64,000 bases of DNA from Octopus sinensis (Eukaryota): assembly GCF_006345805.1 (NCBI RefSeq), contig NC_043005.1, forward strand, positions 34,038,001-34,102,000, written 5' to 3'. Both the position numbers and the translations under genes were made by a program. The notes below the pieces were generated by a model. It saw only the letters and a program-made list of their open reading frames with translations. It did not search any database and was not told the origin of the DNA. Of this stretch, positions 37,925 through 52,640 are shown in pieces (within the stretch, counting starts at the first letter, position 1; each line of letters opens with the position of its first letter).

Positions 37925-39210
37925 CAGGGGTTGGACAAAATAATGGAAACACCTAGCATCATAGCATCGTAATTTTGAAATATCTATAAAACCGTCAAAA
38001 GCTTGTTTATTTTTATGTTTTTTGATTTATTATTAGTGTTGTTGAATATGTTTTGCTAAAATTGCAGCTACTTTTCAGATATTACAAGAAAAAGAAATTA
38101 AAATTAATTAAAATGACAGATCTCTCAGACTTTCAAAGAGGTCAAATTGTTGGTGCTCATATGGTGGGCACTAGTGTAATGAAAACAGCCGGAATATTTG
38201 GGGTATCAAGAAGTAGTCTCAAAAGTAATGACAGCTTGGAAACACCTTAAAATTTCAAACAAATTTATTTTAATATGAGGTAGGACAGACATAGGCAGTA
38301 ATTACAGCTTGAATTGTACGAAGTATGGTCTTGCACAAAGTTTGAATTGTTTCCAAAGGAATTTTTGTCCATTCTTCAGCTAAAACAGTCTCCAGTTCTT
38401 GTAGTGATGATGGTGGAGGATATTGACTCCTTACTTCTTTTCCCAAAATGCACCATAAATGTTCAATAATATTGAGATCTGGGGACTGTGGTGGCCAGAT
38501 AAGATGTTCAACTTCACTAGAATGTTCTTTATGCCATTCAGTAACAACTTTAGCTGTGTGAATTGGTGCATTATCATCCTGAGAGATTGCGTTTCCCTCC
38601 GGAAACAGCTCCACAACCATAGGATGAATTTGATCAGATAAAATGCTTAAATAGTCTTGACTATTAATTCTGCCATGAAAGGAAACTATTGGGCTGGCAG
38701 ATTTACAAGATATAGCCCCCTCCCCCCAGATCATCACAGATCCTCCTCTATGTTTAACAGTTAGAAGAAGGTAGTCTGGGTCAAATGCTTCTTTTAGCTG
38801 TCTCCACATGTATACTCAGGCAGTGGTCAGAAATAAGGTAAAGGATGACTCGTCCGAAAAAATGACATTCTTCCACTGCTCTAGGGATCGATTCTGTAGG
38901 TTTTTACTCCACTCTAAATGCTTTGCAATGTTTGTTTTTGAAAGTAGTGGTTTTCTGATTGCAGCCCTCCTGTGAAATCAGGCTTTGTGCAGCTCCTGGC
39001 GAACAGTTTTTGTGGAAACTGGGTTCTCGAGGTGGTCATTATGCTCTGCAGTAATTTTGGGAGCTGTACTTTTGTGATTCTTTCTAACAATTTGTGTAAG
39101 AGTCCAATGGTCCCTATCTGAAAGTTTTGGTTTTCTTCCAGAGTTTTGTTTCGATGGGGAGTTTTTTCCTCGTTCTCAAAGCTGTCATTACTTTTGAGAC
39201 AGTACTTCTT
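37925..39210. mobile_element. Tc1-family DNA transposon with internal inversion
   Basis: TA + CAGGGGTTGGACAAAATAATGGAAACAC TIR; N-terminal HTH MTDLSDFQRGQIVGA on plus; remainder incl. IFSDES, QDDNAPIH, WPPQSPDLNIIEHLW on minus (38238-39210). Confidence 0.9.
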
Positions 39211-39425
39211 TCAGTTTCCGTCTCCGAAATCCACTCACAAGGCTTTGGTTGGCCCGAGGCTATAGTAGAAGACACTTGCCCGAGGTGCCATGCAGTGGGA
39301 CTGAACTTGGAACCATGTGGTTCATCAGCAAGGTACTTACCACACAGCCACTTGTTCGTGTGAGCGTGTGTGTTTGTGTGTCTGTGTGTGTCTGTGTGTC
39401 TGTGTCTATGTGTGTATATATGTAT

Positions 39426-39460
<35 letters not shown>

Positions 39461-40479
39461 AACATAAATGTATGTATGTATAGGTCATCATCTGTTTATG
39501 CAAAACTATGCAAAGCTCCAAAGAGGAACAAAGAGGAAATGTTAGAGAGGACAGTGTTACAAGAATATTGTGTGTGTGAGAGTGAAGTATAAGTAGGAGT
39601 AGAGAAAAAGAAATATCAGAGAAAAAAAGCTAAATATCTTTGAGAATATTAAGAACTACACATATTTTCCACTGATCTTATTGTATTGTGATGTTCAATA
39701 TTAGACAATTGATATAAGTCTCATGATATAATTACTAAATGCTTAAAGTATCAGATGGCTGCCATCTGCTCCTGTATTCTAGGCCATGGTTTTGCTTCTG
39801 CTGTAGATGTTTTATTAACTCTCTTGGAAAATACCTTTCTTTTCTTGTCTAGAATTTCATATATATGATCAGGAACTCAAAATAGTTGAATGTTTGAATG
39901 AATAAAATATTGGTATTTCAGCTGCTAGGTTATGGCTTCAGGCTTAATTTAGAGCTATTATTTTCTAATTAGTTACACATTCACTAAATATTTCATTGTT
40001 AGCCAAACATTTGAAGAGAATATATTTCAGTCTTAATTAGTGAACTGGTACAATAGTTCAGAAAAGAAGAGAAAACTGATAGCAGGGTCAAGCAATTTTA
40101 TGGCTGAATAAAAGAAACTTTTAACTAAAACTATAATTAAGACACTTCTAAAAACATCTTTGATAAAATCTCTGCTAAAATAGAAAACAGAGTGATTTAC
40201 TTGCATCATTTTAATGATTAACACCTGTTTAAAATGGAGGAATATTATTATCTTATTACTGTTGCTTTAGTCCTAGTTTTGCTTCGTTTACTCTCATTTC
40301 GGTATTTAAACAGGCTGTTGGTGTGTAGTCAACAAATTTGTTTCCCAACAACATGTGTGGCACCATAGGCAAGTGTCTTTTACTCTAGCCTTGGTCTGAC
40401 CAAAGCCTCGTAACTGGATTTGGAAGAGAGAAATTAAAACAAGCCTGTCATGTATGTATGTATATACATACATACAAAC

Positions 40480-41030
40480 ACACATACAATTGTGGGTCTA
40501 TGGCTATGACCCCAAAACTGAAGAAAGCACAAATGAGGTGATTGTTCATCATGAGTATGCTTCTTTTAGTCAGACAGTAAATAAGGAGTACTACTGCAAC
40601 GTTTTGTGGTATTTGCAGGATGCTATTCATCAGAAAAGGTCACAATTGCATGTGCCCGGTGAGTGGCACTTGTACTATTCAGCACAACTTGTGCTGCAAT
40701 TTTTGGCTAGGCATAGCATACCCCAGGTCCGACAACCACTGTATTCCCCAGATCTTGTCCCTTGTGATTTTTCCCTCTTTCCAAAAATCAAATCCCACTT
40801 GAAGAAAATTTCAGGATGTCAATGAAATTGAAGTGAATGTGACGAGGCAGTGCTGATTATCCCAGAAAAAGAGTTCCAGGAATGCTTCCATCAATGGAAA
40901 CAGCACTGGATTAAGTGTGTGGCCTCTGAAGGGGACTACTTTGAAGGAGATTAAATACCAAATTTGTATGTGGTGTAGTTTTGTTTTTATAGCATCAGTT
41001 TGAATACTTATTGATCAGATTTTGTATATA
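40480..41030 (+). mobile_element. Mariner-like transposon remnant (internally deleted)
   Basis: WVYGYDP..TVNKEYYC..HQKR..YSPDLVPCDFSLFPKIK (ORF 40454-40825). Confidence 0.8.
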
Positions 41031-42227
41031 TGTATACACACATACACACACACACACAAACGTGTGTGTGTGTGTGTGTGTGTGCATGTGCATGCATGTG
41101 TGTATGTGTTTTATTGTCTCCTTATCTTGACATTGCATGATAGTTGTAAAGAGCCATTACTGTCAAACAAGCAGTGTCAATCATTTCCAATCTTCCATGA
41201 AAAATATGTCTGGTCATGAGGAAACAGAAAATCTACTTCAATAAATTCAGTCCAAACCATGCAAGCATGGAGAAGTGGATAATTAAATGATGATAATGAT
41301 GAATTCTTCAGAAATCTAGAAGAGAAATGCTTTCTTTATTCCTTTAATTTTAGAACTGGCAGCTGGTCTGAGATATGTTTCCAAAGATCAGAACATGTTT
41401 TCATTAGAAATTTAACATGCAAAATATCAAATATCATCTTGAAATGAAATAGATTTTAATATGAAGAAGACAAGAAGAGCCGTGGGCTGGTAAAATCATT
41501 AGTATAACTGGCAAAATGTTTAGTGGTATTTTGTCTGTCTTTACATCCTGAGTTCAAATTTTGCCAAAGTTGACTCTGTCTTTCACTCTTTCAGTGTTGA
41601 TAAAACAACCAGTTAAACTCTGGGGTTGATATAATTACCCTACCCACTCCCATGAAATTGCTGGCCTTATGCCAAGATTTGAAACCACCATGAAGAAGAC
41701 AAGAGAATAGTATATCTTTACTCTGTACAGAGTTTAGGATTTCATAATTCAGACTTCAAATTTCATCATGAAGAGAGGGAGAGGAACAGATCCTTATTAT
41801 AAAAGATGTTTCAGTCATGACCATCCCATTTTTTGTATATCAGAAATTATACTCTGGTTTGGGTGTTCCACTTATGGCCTTACATCAGTGAGTTCAATTC
41901 CTGGCAGTGCATTGTATCCTTGAGCCAGGCACTTTATTTCACATTGTTCCACCCCACTCAGATGGCGAAAATGAGTTGTGTCTGTATTTCAAAAGGCCAG
42001 CCTTGTCACATTCTGCGCCATGCTGAATCTGCCTGAGAACTACATTAAGGGTATGTATGTTTGTGGAGTGCTCACTCACTTGCACATTAATTTCATGAGC
42101 TGTCTGTTCTGTTGATCAGATCAACTGGAACACTTGTCATAACTGATGGAGTGCCAGTAGTATATATAACCTTTTTGAAACCAATCTTTCTGAGATAAAA
42201 AAAAAACCCAAAAAATTCCCATTTTAA

Positions 42228-42448
42228 CCCTTTCGTTACCAACTCGGCCCAAACCGGCTCTGGCTCTGTAGTATTAATGTCTTGTTTTCATAAGTTTTTC
42301 ATTAAAATCTTCCACCAAACCTTAGTTGCAATTTATGTTCCTAACACTAGCTTAATGATAAGTAAGTTATTTTACTAAATTCTTTATAATATTTAAAATA
42401 ATTGAAAGAAACACAGAGCATCTCAAAAACAATATGGTAACGAAAGGG
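42228..42448. mobile_element. piggyBac-type MITE (TTAA TSD), followed by a degraded second unit to ~42610
   Basis: TTAA|CCCTTTCGTTACC...GGTAACGAAAGGG|TTAA. Confidence 0.85.
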
Positions 42449-44109
42449 TTAAAGTGATCTAAATTAAAACCTTCCATCAAACTTTCTTGTTAATTTATGT
42501 TCTAAATACTATCTTAATAATGACAGAGCTATTTTATTTAATTCTTCATTATTTTAAAAATTAATTGAAACAAAGGTAGTGCATTTCATCAGAAATAACG
42601 AAAGAGTTAAGCAGGTAAGTTATGTTTTTTAGAGATTTGGCGTCTATTTGTGCAAGTTCATTGACCGTATAAAAGCTCCCTTGTTGACCACTCTGAGACC
42701 AATCAACATACATTCACATCATCTTACACACAGAAGAAAGTATTGTTTGACAGCAATACAGAAGGCAAGCAAGACATTTGCTGAGAAACAACCCCACCCT
42801 TATCTGTTATATCTATTCCATTCCTTCAGAGATGTGGTTGGTGTAAAAGATGGCGTGAGGAAGAATGTGATGGTTAGTGGAAAAATGAAGAGCTAGCAGT
42901 GTTTTGGTTACATATATTGATATACTTAGATAAGTACCCTTACTATAAGGCTTATCCTTCTTTATTTAATTTTAAATTAGTGGCTGCATGTATTTTAAAA
43001 AAATGGACTGATCTTTGATAATGAACTTTTAATCATGTCAGTTTTAATTACATCCTTAAATAAATTCATAAAATTTAATAAAAATAGCATATATGATAAA
43101 AAAAAATTGAAAGAAATAGAAATAGAATGAAAGAGAAATTAGGAATTTTTCTTAGTGAATAAGGATAATAAAAATCAAATCCTCAATTTATATTTTTAAG
43201 CTGTTTATAGTTGTTTATTTTCAGCCAGACTTTGCTATTTTTATTTCATTGTGTTTATAATGGAAATAAACAACTAAACAAATCCACCCTCTCACACTCT
43301 CTGTCACTCTTAATTTTTCCTTATTCTTTCTTTCACACACCCTTTTTTCTCACTCACATCTCTTTACATTTTTCTTTATGCACTCACTTCTCTCTTTCTC
43401 ACATGCATCCTTTTCTCTTCCACTTTCTCTGTTCCTCACACACAGTATCTCTTTCTTTCACACGCCCTCTCTCTCTCATACACTCTCTCTTTCTTTCTTT
43501 CACATATCCCTCCCTTTCTCTCACACATACTCTCTCTTTCATTTCTTTTTCTTATGCTCTCTATTTTTTTTATTCCTCTCATACTTCCTCTTTCCTTCTC
43601 ATATGCTCTCTCCCTCACACCTGCCCTCTCTTTCCCATTCTCACATACCCTCTCTTTTTCTTTCTCCCACACATTTTCTCTGCTCACTGAATTCAATTTG
43701 ATGTTTATCAAAATCATCTTCTGTAATTTCAAAAAAATAATTCTAATAAACAAAAAGGTAAAATAATAAAAATGTGACAAAAACAGAAAAAACAACAAAA
43801 ATATAAATTTTAAAATTCCTTCTAGTTTTTCTTTTTTTTTTGTGTTGTTGCTATCGCTGTTGTTGCCGTCTCAGATTAAATGATTCCAGCTATGACCATC
43901 CTGTCTTTTTATTCATTAACACTTTTCTTACAATATTTTTGTTAAAATATACTGTTTTTACTTAAATTCATTTTGAAAATAATGAAGAATTTACTAAAAT
44001 AATTGTAATTATTAAGTTAATAGTATTTGGAAAATAAATTAACATGAAATTTTGATAGAAGGCTTTAACTGAGATCATTTCAAAACAGGAAGTTTGTATC
44101 AAAGGACCA

Positions 44110-45075
44110 AGGGGCATTGTTGCTGTTGTTATCATTGCAACTGTTATTCATGCTGTTCTTGTTCATGTTACTGATAAGATTAAGATGACATTTGGTAATA
44201 TTTGAATAGAAGCAGCTGGTTATGTTACGATTAAGAATATTGGTGGAAGTAGTGCTGATGCTGGTGATGATGGCAATGGTGGAAATGGTGATGATAATGA
44301 TGGTAGCTGTGGTATTGATGATGATGATGATAGTTGTGGTGGTGGTGGTGGAGTGGGTGATGATGACAGTGATTATAGTGATGGTGATTGTGGTGTTAGT
44401 AGTTCGGTGATTGCATTGATGGTGGTGGTGGTGGTTTTGGTGGCAGTTGTGGTGTGGTGGCAGTGGTGGCAGTTGTGGTGATGCTTGTGCCATTGGTAAT
44501 TGTGATATAGGTTGAGGTAGTGATGGCTGTGTTAGTGGATGTGGTGATGGTTGCAGTTGGTGGTGGTGGCTGAGCGGAGGAAATAAAAAGGAAACAAATC
44601 ACCAAAAAGAAAAAGAAATCTTCAGCTGTTTTACTACAAGCACCACCACCTACACCATCTTCTTTTCATTAGTATCATGATCCTCTTCCTCCTCATCATC
44701 ATAATCTTAACCACCAACACCACCATTATCACCAATATTATCAGCATTCTCACCACCACTGCTGTCACCACCACCAAAACCACCACCACCACCACCACCA
44801 CCACAATCTTATTTAGAACTATATTGTCACAGTTGTCAATGCAACAGCCATTGCCAAGCACTCTAACCATAATTATAATCACCACAACAACTACAACTAC
44901 AGTCACCACCACCACCAACACCATTGCTGCTGTCACCGCTGCAATCTCCATCAACACCACCACCGCCACCACCCTACAATTATAGGTACCATCAGAAATG
45001 AAACCACCACCTGCTACAACCAACACCACCACCACCACCACCACTACAGCTAAGAACTCTAATATCACTAACATA
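44110..45075. repeat. Two low-complexity trinucleotide mosaics of opposite polarity (GGT/GAT/GTT then ACC/ATC/AAC)
   Basis: Seen directly; source of the spurious poly-Thr/poly-Val ORFs. Confidence 0.85.
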
Positions 45076-46689
45076 ACAACTAGTACTAGCTAAACCTTCT
45101 TCAAATCACAATCTGCCATCAAAGAAAATGAAGAATACATTGGTTTAATGTAGTTCTAGATATACAAGGATGGTCATAACTGGAATGTCTTTAACCACAA
45201 GTTTACTGATTAGGATTGGTATGGACTAAACAACAACATGAATATCAACAAGAATCACCACCACCACCACCACCACCAATATCAATTATGATATAAAACT
45301 GGATTTGCAAGAATAATTTAAAATTTAATTATGGTAGTTAAGTTTATTACACTGATTCTTATACCTGCCTACCTGCCTGATTGCCTGCATACCTGCCTAA
45401 TATCTACCTATCTACCTACTTATCTACCTATATATGATGATGATGATGATGATGATGATATAGTCTCTTGTAGTCCAAGAAAGATGGTTCTGTAATTTGC
45501 TGAACAACCTGCACACATGATTTGTTTATAGTGATCATATGTATGTGCTGTACTTTAGCTCTCTCCCTCCATTAAATTGCCATTGCCTGAACAAGTGTAC
45601 TGTGTACCATGCATCAGGTATCAAAGTGATTGCAGAGCAATGTGAGATGAACCGTGAGCAATGTGAGAGGAAGTGAAGCCACGTTCACACGATTGTGAGT
45701 ACAACACACTAATCACTAGGCATACACCTTCATATATATACATATATGTGTGTGTGTGTGTGTGTGGATCTTCATCGTCATCACCATCATTTAGCGTCTG
45801 CTTTCCATGCTGGCATGGGTTAGACAGTTTGACTGGAATTGATAAACTGGAGAGCTGCACCAGGTTCCAGTCGGATTTGGCATAATTTCTATGGCTGGAT
45901 GCCCTTCCTAATGCCAACCATTCCAAGAGTGTAATGGGTGCTTTTTACATGTCACCAGCATGGGTGCCAGTTACGTGACACTGGCATTGGCTACAACAAC
46001 GATTTCACTTGGCTTGATGGGTCTTCTCAAGCATGGCATATAGCCAACAGTCTTGGTCACTTGTCATCACCTCTATGAGGCCCAATGTTTGAAGGGTACT
46101 TTTTACATGCCACCAGCATGGGTGCCAGTTATGTGACACTAAATCATCATCATCATCCTATGCAACTTCAAGTTTTGTAGGCTTGTAGATTGAATTTAGC
46201 ATGTCAGGCATCTAGAAAGAGTGTAAAAGGATGAGACAAATTCAATATGGTCTCAAGAAGTTAGGCCTCTATTGGTTAACTCAAATCAGGAGAAACAACA
46301 ATAATTGATGCTGCATCAATTATTTTCTTTGCATTTTGGTCCATGTGGTCAGACAGGATGTTAGCAGGTAGTTGTCACTGCTAAGTTTGGAAGCTGTGGT
46401 ATAGTTCACTTAGTGACACAGTTTGCTGCATTAGATGCTACATGTGACAGTGTGAGGTGTTGTTCCAGGCTAGTGGAGAAGACTGTGGGAACAAATTTGG
46501 CAATTTTTGACAAAATATGTACCCTTTTACCAAGTTATAACAAAAAGTTAGTGAAATATTTAAAATGTTTACAGTTGGATAGATAGACAAATATAACAAA
46601 ATAATTTAATAAAAAATGTGAATTTTTAATCATTTTCTGAGATTTTACAAAAACAACAAAAATATTTTTTAATTATCTTTTGCAGCAAC

Positions 46690-47640
46690 AGCCTTTCTGT
46701 GAGTGTAACCAGATTTGAAAATGCTGGATTAATATTTAGTGGTAGTAGGTTGGATTGTCAGCATGGATTTAATTTAGTTTATACAGGTGGCAGGAGTTAA
46801 GTACCATGCTATTGTGTATAGAACAGCCAGGCCTAAGGTGGTATAACTGGATTGTCGGTTACCAGCGGCTTGAAGTTCATTAACAGGACATACCACTGGT
46901 GGCAACAATGAAATAGTTCATTCTTTCTGTTGATTGATATAGGTTGATGGAGTATGTGTCATCTCCTGCAAAGGCAGAGTTGGTAATAACAAGTTTCAGA
47001 TGAATATGGGGTGGTTCTATCAATGATATTTCTTTGATGTTAAGGAAGTCATTCTGATAGCCATGGAGTCTACTTAAAACTGGACAGGGTGGTAGAGGTA
47101 TCTCTATCCCTGCATCTGAAGGAGTTATATGCTGTGTCTACCTTCGCTTGAAGTCATTGGCTATCATGCCCATGTAGTGTAAGTGACTCTATAGAGCACA
47201 ATTCTTGAGAGACAGGATCCTCCCAGTGGGATGTTGATAATATTTAGACAGTTACAGGTTGGGGGTGAATACTGGAGGCTGTGCAGGTATGCATATGTTT
47301 CTATTGTAATGTGTAATGTTGTCTAAGTAGATGTATCTGACCTTGGCATTATGGGGGTTGAAAAGTTCATAATGTTTATGGATTCTTGGGAAATGTTTTT
47401 AATTAGTGTCAGGGAGCCCTAAGTTATGTTGGTTGAAACTTCTAGGTTAAATGGAGCATTTTCTCCATTGCCAAAAGCTATTTGGTGGCTATCAAGAGTT
47501 TTCTTTCCATTTCCTCAATTGTATTTATTCACCCCCACTAATATTGCACACCTATGAAGGATTTATGGGAGTGAAGGAAATTGTAATTCTTGCTGCAGCC
47601 AATACCTGTTTACACTATGCACAAGGACCTGCTGCCATAG
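46690..47640 (-). mobile_element. Penelope-like element remnant (RT thumb/linker and GIY-YIG region)
   Basis: Minus translation gives HKHYELFNPHNAKVRY.. and HYMGMIANDFKRR, resembling PLE ..IFN..NVKVSY and Y.G.T...FK.R motifs; heavily decayed. Confidence 0.6.
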
Positions 47641-47699
47641 GTAAGCAATTGAAGATTATTTCTTTCCAGATGCTGAAAACTCCTTAAACTATCCCCCTC

Positions 47700-50600
47700 T
47701 ACTCCCTAGCTCTACAAACTTAGAGCTGCTACAATCATCATTAACACAATGAAAGGTAGGCCTTGCAAGGTTGTTGAAATCCTTGAGCAGAGGTATGTAG
47801 ATGTGTACTGGATGCAAGAAATACAATGGAGAGGAGCCTCAGCTAGGTTGCTTGTGGGCAAAGAACACAGATACAAAATCTGTGTGGGCTGCAGTGATGG
47901 ATAGGTTGTGTAGGTATTCTTCTAGCAGATAAATTAGTCAATAAGGTGACTGAAGTAGTCAGAGTGTGTAATAAGATTATTAAGCTAAGAATAGGCTTGT
48001 TTAATGTAATAGTGACATCTTCGCATATGCTCCACATGTCAGACTGGCAGTTGTTCAGAAGGATCATTTCTATGAATCCCTTCTGTAAACTAACTCAATA
48101 ACAAAAGGTGACTTCAATGGTCATGTTGGGAAGCACTTTGATGGATTTCAGGGCGTTCATGGAGATTACAGCTTTGGTTCTAGAAATGAAGAGGGAACAA
48201 AGCTGCTGGAGTTTTGTGATGTAAATGACTTGCTGGTCTGCAATGCTATCTCCAGGAAACCTGGCAGTCAACTGATCACTTATCAATCTGGAGAGCACAC
48301 AAGCCAGATTGATTACATTCTCACCAGAAACTAGGACAGGCTGCTGCTCATAAACGTAGTCTTACCTTGGTGGAGAATGTGCACCACAACATAGTTTAAT
48401 GGTTAGAGATTTTGGACATAGGGCTAGAAGGACCAGAGATGCAAACCAATATGGAAAAGGAGGTCATGGAAGGTCAAGGATCCTTCAAATGGGCAGAGGT
48501 TTAGAGATGTTCTAAATGAAACATTTAATGAGAAGGAAGAAGAGACATATGACATAAAGGATACCTGTAAATTCTTACAGGATAATCTACCAAGGGTGAC
48601 AGACCAACTTTGTGGTTGGAGCAAAGCTTCTGCCAGATCAAGGGTGATATGGTAGTCTAACAATGAGGTTGACAGAAACATAAAAGTGAAGAAACAGGTT
48701 TGGAAAGAGTAGAAAAGTTGGGGTAGGAAAGAACCATGTCAGAAACTAAAAGAGAAGCAAGGTAATGGGTTTATCTAGCAAGGGTAGAACAAAAAGGAAG
48801 AGGTTTGCTAAAGTCTTACAGCATGAAGATCAGTGACTTAAGGTGTTCTGTATTGATAAACAGTGTCAAAGAGAATCAAGATATTGTGGGAAAGAAGTGT
48901 GTAGGAATGGATAATGGTATGCTTGCACTTAGTGATTCTAAAATGAAAGAGGTGTGGAATAGCTACTATGAAAGTTTATTAAATGTGGAGAATAAATGGG
49001 AGAAAAGGAGTCTTTCCCTTGTGAATTCAACAGAGGGACTAGCTATCCTAATTGATAACAGTATGGTAGATAAGGCAATTAACGATAACAATACATGGGA
49101 AGCCTCTAGTCCATCAGTAGTTACCATGGAGATGTATAAAATATCTGGTAGAGTAGGATACTGTCTAGTCACCCATATTGTTTATCAGGTTATTCAGGAA
49201 GATGTAAGCCCCAATGACTTGTGTAGCAGCATTATAATCAGCTGTTACAAGGGTATTGGAGATTCCTTAGATAAAAGTAATTATAGAAACATCAAATTGC
49301 TGGAACAGGTGATGAAAGTTATGGAGAGAGTTGTAACCCAATTGATTAGGAACACAATTAAGCTAGATGAAATGTTGTTTGGCTTTGTGCCAGGGAGATG
49401 CACTACTGGTGCTATTTTCATAGTCAAGCAACAACAAGAAAAGTATGTAGCTAAGAATAAACTGTTATACTTGGTATTTGTTGATCTGGAGAAAGCCTTT
49501 GATGGGGTAACTTGCTCTGTGATATGGTGGTCTCAGAGGAAGCTGGAGATAGAAGAATGGCTTGTGAAAGTGGTACAAGCCATATACAGGAGTACTGTTA
49601 GTAAGGTAAGAGTTAGCCAAGAGTACAGTGATGAATTTAGTGTATAGGTGTTCATCAAGGCATGGTTCTCAGCACCCTCCTATTCACCATTATCTTTCAG
49701 ACCATAACAGAGGAGTTTAAGACTGGATGCCCATGTAAATTACTAAATGCTGATGATTTTACTCTCATAGCAGAATCTGTAACAGAATTAGTAAATTAGT
49801 AAAGACATTCCAGGTGTGAAGCAAAACCTTAAATCAAAGTGTCTTAAAGTTAACTTAGCAAAGACCAAGTTCCTAGTAAGCAAGGACACTATCAGGACCC
49901 TATCTATCTTAAGGAAAATGGCCCTGCTTGATATGTAGGAAAGGTGTAGGTAAGAACTCCATTTGGTGTACCCAGTGGAAGTTATGGATACACAAGAGGT
50001 GCAGTGAAATAGTTGGAAGGTTAGCAGAGAAAGTAGTGTTCATGTGTGGAAGATACACAGAAGTCACAAAGTTTACTGATACACGGAAAACTAATTTTCT
50101 TGTATGACCCATAGGCTCTTTAGAGATTGGGGATGATTTCTGTGGCCTAGGTAACCTAATTAGCTGTGGAGGACGATAGGGTTTCCAAAAGTATAATTGC
50201 TAGAATAAAAATGGGATGGAAAAATTTTAAAGAGCTTTTACCCCTGTTGGTATTCAAAAGTCTCTCACTTCAAGAAAAAGGAAGTTTGTTTGAAGTTTGT
50301 GTACAAACTGCAATGCTAGATGGTAGTGAGATATGGGCTCTAAATGCAGAAGACATGTAGAAACAAAGAAGGAATGAAGCTAGTATGCCCCATTGGATGT
50401 GCAATGTCAATGTACACGAAAGACTGTGTGTTTGTGTATTGAGAGAAAAGTTAGGCATAAGAGGAATTAGCTGTAGTGTGAAGGAGGAAAGATTGTGTTG
50501 GTTCGATCATGTGATGCATATGGACCAGGACAGTTGCATAAAGATCTGCTGATCACTTAAATTAGATGGAACTTGAGGAAGAGGGACATCCAGGAAGATG

Positions 50601-50720
50601 GGGACGAAGTATTAAGGCTAATCTCAAGATGCTGAGCCTCAAGGAAGAAATGACAAAGGATCAAGATATCTGGTGCTTTGCTGTACTTGAGAAAACTCAC
50701 CCACTACCTGAGAATTGAAA
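47700..50720 (+). mobile_element. RTE LINE copy H, near full-length, older subfamily (EN + RT + PHD), many stops
   Basis: MKGRPCKVVEIL..QEIQWRG endonuclease start; 280-aa ORF 48805-49647 with FGFVPGRCT, VFVDLEKAFD; 3' GTSRKMG end. Confidence 0.88.
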
Positions 50721-51308
50721 TCCTAAGACCACACTGGTAAATGCTTGTACCTGCAAAGCTCTGCCCCACCTCCATTCTCACTGCTCTGTCAAGCTTCTAT
50801 ATCTCCTTTCCTACACTCATCCTTTCTTTATATCTGCTATTATTCAGCTACTGTAATAACCTGAGAGCAGAATACTTACATACTATGTACCCCACCCCAC
50901 CCCACCCCACCCCAACTCTTTGCTACCTTCCCCTTTTCTCCCACTCTCCAGAACTATTTCTATTCCTCTTCTTCTGCCATGATTTCTACCCTCTGTTAGA
51001 CTCTATCCTTATAATCACTTCCATTCCTTATTATCTTCCTCCAGCCATACTCTCTCCTCTCTGCTAGACTCCATCCATTACACTTGTTTCATCTCCTATC
51101 TCTCCCAGTGCCCTCAGATATCTTACACAACCCCATCTCCCCCTGAGTCATTCCTATATCTCTCACCTTCAATTATTAAAGTCACTTCTATTCTATCTAA
51201 CCATCTCCTCACATTCTTGTGAAAATTTCCCCTCTGTCCCTTCACTCAGTCCAATTCTCTGTATCACTTCACCTATATTCTCTCTCACTTGCCTTGAGAG
51301 TCTATCCT

Positions 51309-51483
51309 ATCATCATCATCATTGTTCGACCGTGGTCGAGACAATGGAATTTACTATGTTACGCCAGACTTCACGGTCCATCATAGCATTACGGAGGTCC
51401 TGTTGCTGGATGCCTGTATCCCTGGAGATTACATCAGGGTAGGAGAGTGTGCGCCCTCTGGTATTGCGAGTAGATGGCTATCC
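51309..51483 (-). mobile_element. 3' tip of a distinct RTE-like LINE with GAT tail
   Basis: Minus: GRTLSYPDVISRDTGIQQQDLRNAMMDREVWRNIVNSIVSTTVEQ* followed by tgatgatg. Confidence 0.6.
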
Positions 51484-51989
51484 TAACACATTTCCACCAC
51501 TATCTCTCCTACTCTCTCTATCTCTATCTTTCTTTCTAAGTCTCCTTCTGCCTTCATTTTCAACTGGATATTCTTGTATCTCATCTACAGCAAGACACTT
51601 ATCTCTATTCCTCCATTATTGTTTTAGTCTCTCAACTGGAACAGAGCTACCTCCCTAAATACTATTATCCCCAATTGAGGGGACTTTCTCTTGTCTTACA
51701 AGCTGCTTGGTGATCTTGTTGATGTTGGTGCATGAAAAAAAAGCACCCAGTACATTATGTACAGTGGTTGGCATCCAGCCGTAGAAACCAAGCTAAAACA
51801 GATAACAGACTATGCCAAACCATCCAACCAATGCCAGCATGCAGAATGGATGTTAAATGGCGATGATGATAATCTGATTTCTCTTTCTGACTCTCTTCAG
51901 GTTTGTGTGTGGTGGGGATGACCTCCCCACCCATGCATGCATACATCTATGCACAAACTCTCTCTCTCACACACACACATACTGACTTC

Positions 51990-52640
51990 TCAGTGAATCC
52001 ACTCTTCACTAATGCCTTGTTATAAATGATGGTGGTAGCAAGGGATGCAATCTTGTTGAAGATCTCTCTCTATCCACTGATGGTTTAAAGATTCTTCTAT
52101 TTATGCCTGTGACTATGTTTCTAATTATAGCTGGGACATGGTTGGAGTTTGTGTGTATATATACACAGTTTTCTTGTATGGGTAGCACTTGTCCATCTTC
52201 AGGCCTAGAGTTGACCTTCAAAAGAGTGATGGTAACTGTTATAGATAGGTTGAATTCTTAGAAGATCTCTGTCAGATCCTTCCTGAACTTGTCCATGGAG
52301 TTGTTATTCATATAACTTAAGATTCACTGACCATCGTCTCTGTACAGAGCCAAGACAATATTAGTTCACAATGATTCCTGCTGGGTGAATACGGAAGGTG
52401 ACTCACTGTTTGACATATCTATAGGGAGCAAAGACTTCCAGAAAGTTTAACTGACAAGCATTGTTCATTTTACACCATATGAGAAGAAAAAGCCATGAGC
52501 ATTTGGTGACAACCAGGAAATTAAATGGAACAAGAAGTTTGGGAAGATATAGAGAGAAGATAAGGGATGGCCTTAACCAGTTGTCTTCAGAAGGACCACT
52601 AATGTAATAATGTACCAAGTTGTGGGTGGGACAGTAAGTG
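51990..52640 (-). mobile_element. Penelope-like RT remnant
   Basis: YIHTNSNHVPAIIRNIVTGINRRI resembles the PLE Y....SNHP..I motif. Confidence 0.55.

Noticed and set aside
39751-39848. Possible minus-strand terminal exon (D)KKRKVFSKRVNKTSTAEAKPWPRIQEQMAAI*
   Set aside because: Weak polypyrimidine tract, no recognisable homology, no partner exons found.
40033-40224. 63-aa hydrophobic minus ORF
   Set aside because: AT-rich chance ORF; no motif or supported splice chain.
43211-45074. Long Ser/Leu/His, poly-Thr and poly-Val ORFs
   Set aside because: CT-rich and trinucleotide low-complexity DNA; not coding.
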